Of a DNA stretch of 38,210 nucleotides, positions 34,918 to 38,210 are shown in pieces (within the stretch, counting starts at the first letter, position 1; every line of letters starts with the position of its first letter). Where the stretch lies: assembly GCF_001194135.2 (NCBI RefSeq), contig NC_068994.1, positions 50,810,891 to 50,849,100 of the forward strand, given 5' to 3'. Position numbers and translations under genes: made by a program. This DNA is from Octopus bimaculoides (Eukaryota). The notes under the pieces are model-generated. The model did not search any database, had not been told where the DNA came from, and was given only the letters and a program-made list of their open reading frames with translations.

Positions 34918-35147
34918 TTAACTCTTTAGCCATTAAACTGACCATATCCGGCCAAAATATTCTACATGTTTTATGCTTAAGCTGACCAGATCCAGCTTAT
35001 CACATCAAGCCTACAATGTCTTTCTGGAAATAAACAATCATATCATCGAAATATTAAAGCTAAGAGATAATGCATGATTAATTCAAAACAATCTGAATAA
35101 ATGAACAATACATTTGACAGAGTAATCTGGATGCAAGAACAGTTTAA
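34918..35147 (-). mobile_element. piggyBac-type MITE, type 1, nested in a type 2 copy
   Basis: Reverse complement of the 27282 element with TTAA at both ends. Type 2 sequence precedes it (AAACCTTCCACCAAAA, ~34831) and resumes after it, ending GGTAACAAAGGGGTTAA at 35178. Confidence 0.75.
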
Positions 35148-35324
35148 TTCTAGCGAAATTTGGTAACAAAGGGGTTAATGGACTTTGTAGAAACATCCCT
35201 CTTGGTTCCTCTTACTGTCCATTTGTATAGCTACTCTAAGCCATTCTAACCCTTGGAATTCGGAGGAAGGGTTGTTGCTGTTGTTGTTATTGTTGTAGTT
35301 CAAAGTAGACTCTAATTGAGCAGA

Positions 35325-35525
35325 GTTATGATCAAAGGCAGTCAAGCCATGACCATCACATCTTATTTTAAAAGAAATATCATCCCTATTCAGACTACAA
35401 ACTGAAACATTCTTTTATATATATATATTAAAATCAAAATCAAAATAAATGGTGTGATTTGAAGGAGATTTGGTGGGGCTATCCTGCATGTACAGCTAAT
35501 TGAATGACTCCCATAGAGGCTTGCT
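35325..35525 (+). mobile_element. Dispersed repeat family G (ATCAAAGGC...CATGACCATC / GGTGTGATTTG...GATTTGG..GCTA)
   Basis: Related segments at ~6565-6636, ~14410-14470, ~21195-21285, ~26350-26425 (reverse), ~37000-37050 and ~38075-38110. Class unresolved. Confidence 0.5.
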
Positions 35526-35727
35526 TTTGGTTGAGCAACCATGCAGAGGCATCATTGGTTTGATGAATAAAGGTGTAACCAAATATAAAATGTAAAGAAT
35601 AACAATATCAATAAATAAAATTTAGTGCTAGCATTCTTTGGAACATTGATCACTTCATTAGGCTCTGGATAGAAAAGAGGGGGGAAAAATAAGATAATAT
35701 TTGCATCTGTACTATCTATCTTCTATA

Positions 35728-36112
35728 GTGAAGGCACATAGCTTAACAGTCAGGGTGTTGGGTTCATGTTTATAGAGTTGTCGGTTCAATTCCTGAGCGA
35801 GGCAACACATTGTGCTTTTGAGTAAAGTGCTCTATTTCACATTGTCCTGAGCTGAAAATGAATAACTGAAAGGAGCCCGTTGTATATGTGCGTGTATGTT
35901 TGTGTGTCCGTGTTTGTCCTCCCCGCCCATCATCACTTGACAACCGATGTTGGTGTGTCTACATCGCCTTAGCTTAGCGGTTTGGCAAAAGAGACCGATA
36001 AAGTAAGTACTAGGTTTACAAAGAATGAATCCTAAGGTCGATTTGTTCGACTAAAGGCAGTGCTCCAGCATGGCCGCAGTCAAATGACTGAAACAAATGA
36101 ATAAGTAAATAT
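35728..36112 (+). mobile_element. SINE with a different tRNA-like head joined to a family A body and tail
   Basis: Head GTGAAGGCACATAGCTTAACAGTCAGGG...GGTTCAATTCC differs from family A heads; from ~35866 (CTGAAAGGAGCCCGT) to 36112 it matches the family A body and tail. Confidence 0.7.
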
Positions 36113-36145
36113 NNNNNNNNNNAATGACTGAAACAAATGAATAAG

Positions 36146-36180
<35 letters not shown>

Positions 36181-36732
36181 ATGGTTGTATGGTATAGTGC
36201 ATTGTTACATGTGGAAATATTTAGATAGCAGAGTATGTTAGTATGAAGAGAGAGGGAAGAGGAGAAGTGAATTTGGTAAGTAGATATTTGAGAGAGAAAT
36301 AGTGAGACAGTGAAAAAGAAGGTGAACAACAACAAGAAGAAAGGGGGTAGGGTAGAGGAGATAGAAAGGTAGAGAGGAGTGAGAGGAAAATTGTGTGCTT
36401 TTGGGTCGGGTCGGGTCGGGTTGGCAGTTAGGTTTGAACAATTTGTTGTGTGGTGTTGCCTTCCAGCCTAATAATTTCTGTTCTTTAAAATGTTGTTTGT
36501 TGGTGTGTATGTGTGTATGTGTGTCCCCTTTGCTGTTTCCACAGCAACTGTTGTCACAGCTAGTTATTGACCCCATCTCTCTCTTTCTTTCTTTCTTGCT
36601 CTCTCTCACACGTACACACTCACACGCAAACTTAATCTTGTGCATACATACACCCATATGTATGTATATATATATATATATATATATAGACTCATATATG
36701 CACTAGCAACTCAAGTCTTCACATGCTTCAAT

Positions 36733-36958
36733 TTAACCCTTTAGCATTTGGATTATTTTGTCAAATGCAATGCTTATTTATTCACATTGCTTTGAATTAA
36801 ACATGCACTACTTAAAGCTTTGGAATTTGATGATGTGGTCGTATATCATTAGAATAACATTGTAAACTAGGTTTGAGAAGTGGGATCTGGCCAGTGTAAA
36901 CATAAAACAGGTTGAGTATTTAGGCTGGATGTAGCTGGTTTAAATATTAATAGGTCAA
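36733..36958 (+). mobile_element. piggyBac-type MITE, type 1
   Basis: Left end TTAA-CCCTTTAGCATT; body homologous to 27282-27509; decayed right end. Confidence 0.8.
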
Positions 36959-37069
36959 AACAAGTGAATGTAATTGTTCAACACTAGGTCTGCATTGACC
37001 AATCAGAATTAGGATCAACGGCTTTCCAGCCATGACTATTCCATTTCTAAGAGTCAAGTATCATTTATC

Positions 37070-37140
37070 CTTTGTCTTTTACTCGTTTCAGTCACTAGAC
37101 TGCAGCCATGCTGGGGCACCACCCTGAAGAATTTTAGTCA
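37070..37140 (-). mobile_element. SINE family A 3' tail fragment
   Basis: TTTTACTCGTTTCAGTCACTAGACTGCAGCCATGCTGGGGCACC is the reverse complement of the family A tail. A similar + strand tail fragment lies at ~880-935. Confidence 0.75.
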
Positions 37141-37179
37141 TCTGAGAATTTTTCTTCTTCTCTGCCAAATGCTTCCTTT

Positions 37180-37440
37180 ATGCTGATGCCATTGATGACT
37201 CTCCAGACCAATTCTTGCATAGAAGAGTCAATGGGTATTGCCTGCATGGCAATGCTGGTGGAGGTCAAGTTTGGTTTTGTCGGCCCTTTCTCTCCTGTCA
37301 TTTGATTTCTTGCTTTGCACTTTTGGTGGCGTCATAGTTTTTGGTTCCGATGGCGATAGAACACCGCCACTTGGTACAGTCTCGAGCTTGTGTTTCAAAC
37401 GATTTAGGCTCAATTCAAATTAAAGGCAGTGTGTGGTTTC
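37180..37440 (-). mobile_element. RTE-clade (BovB-like) LINE C-terminal remnant with stops and frameshift
   Basis: The minus strand gives IEPKSFETQARDCTKWRCSIAIGTKNY (cf. RTE WExxAxDRxxWRxxIxxG) and, in another frame, FYARIGLESHQWH (cf. RTE C-terminal F(R)ARIGLxSHxRxH zinc-finger motif). Confidence 0.7.
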
Positions 37441-38210
37441 ATTTATACAAATTTCCTAGAAAGATGAAAATACATATTTTAAAAAAAAGCAATTACAACT
37501 ACACAGATTTTCATAGATAATGTTGAATTTTATATTCTGGCCAGGCCTTGAATCAGTAGACAGACCTACAGCACTGTATCATGTTGCTAAGCCAAGAACC
37601 AAGAAAGCGCTCAAGATATGGAGGGACCATATTTGCTCTGTGTGAATATTCACTGATACAATCAATGCATGCACCACCGTTCCACAATACCCCCACACAC
37701 ACACACACACACACACAAACCCTTACACATACACAGTTACCTACTCCCACCACCTCCACAATCACCTCTCTTTTTCTATTCCCCTTTTCTCTCNNNNNNN
37801 NNNNNNNNNNNNNNNNNNNNNNNNNNNNNNNNNNNNNNNNNNNNNNNNNNNNNNNNNNNNNNNNNNNNNNNNNNNNNNNNNNNNNNNNNNNNNNNNNNNN
37901 NNNNGGGGGGGGGGTGGCGGCAGTGATAGTGATGGTGGTGATGATGGTGATGATGATGATGGTGGTGGTGGTGGTGCTGTTAGTGGTAACACCCATCAGG
38001 GTGCACTAACTGTGGCATTGGTAGCGATTGTGATGTTAGTCATGAATGGTGGTGGTTGTGGTAATGAGCAGGGGTTTCAGAGTGATTTAACTGCTATTTC
38101 TAACCAGTCGCACGACCATATAGTGGTTCCATCATTGCAGGCGGGGGAGCGAGGGCCTGGTGATTATGGTAGTCTTCATACAGAGGTAGTGGTGGTGGTG
38201 GTGGTGGTGG

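Larger units (their letters stand above)
673..37904. other. Assembly gaps: 673-748, 5744-6320, 9953-9973, 11580-11640, 12631-12820, 23490-24433, 25034-25996, 36113-36122, 37794-37904
   Basis: N runs; most are flanked by microsatellites, G/C runs or hairpins. Confidence 0.99.

Noticed and set aside
36083-36152. 30-nt direct repeat around a 10-N gap
   Set aside because: Typical unmerged contig overlap; assembly artefact.
1-38210. CRISPR arrays, operons or prokaryotic systems
   Set aside because: The sequence is eukaryotic (spliceosomal exon, SINEs, microsatellites); no constant repeat with unique spacers was found.

Overview
AT-rich, repeat-saturated eukaryotic genomic DNA with nine assembly gaps. 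The SINE, MITE and microsatellite landscape is most consistent with a coleoid cephalopod, probably Octopus (inferred from recalled repeat families, not a database search). Only one protein-coding exon is supportable: a 186-nt phase-0/phase-0 internal exon (16871-17056, +) of MAEA, the CTLH E3-ligase subunit. The rest is probably its long flanking introns or adjacent non-coding DNA. That DNA holds several tRNA-derived SINE families, piggyBac-type (TTAA) and mariner-type (TA) MITEs, decayed CR1 and RTE LINE 3' ends, and many microsatellites. Almost all ORFs in the supplied track are microsatellite or N-run artefacts. The most interesting signal is two small elements (6713-6749 and 14279-14324, both + strand) that fold into minimal type I hammerhead-ribozyme motifs with the same atypical architecture: stem I / CUG(A/U)UGA / extra A / stem II / GAAA / palindromic ACGU in place of stem III / U cleavage site / stem I'. 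This matches the dimer-forming hammerheads described for Penelope-like retroelements. One sits inside a tRNA-headed SINE-like element with a 5' inverted duplication. The window also has a near-perfect 126-bp inverted repeat and many inverted SINE pairs, which are candidate dsRNA/ADAR substrates.
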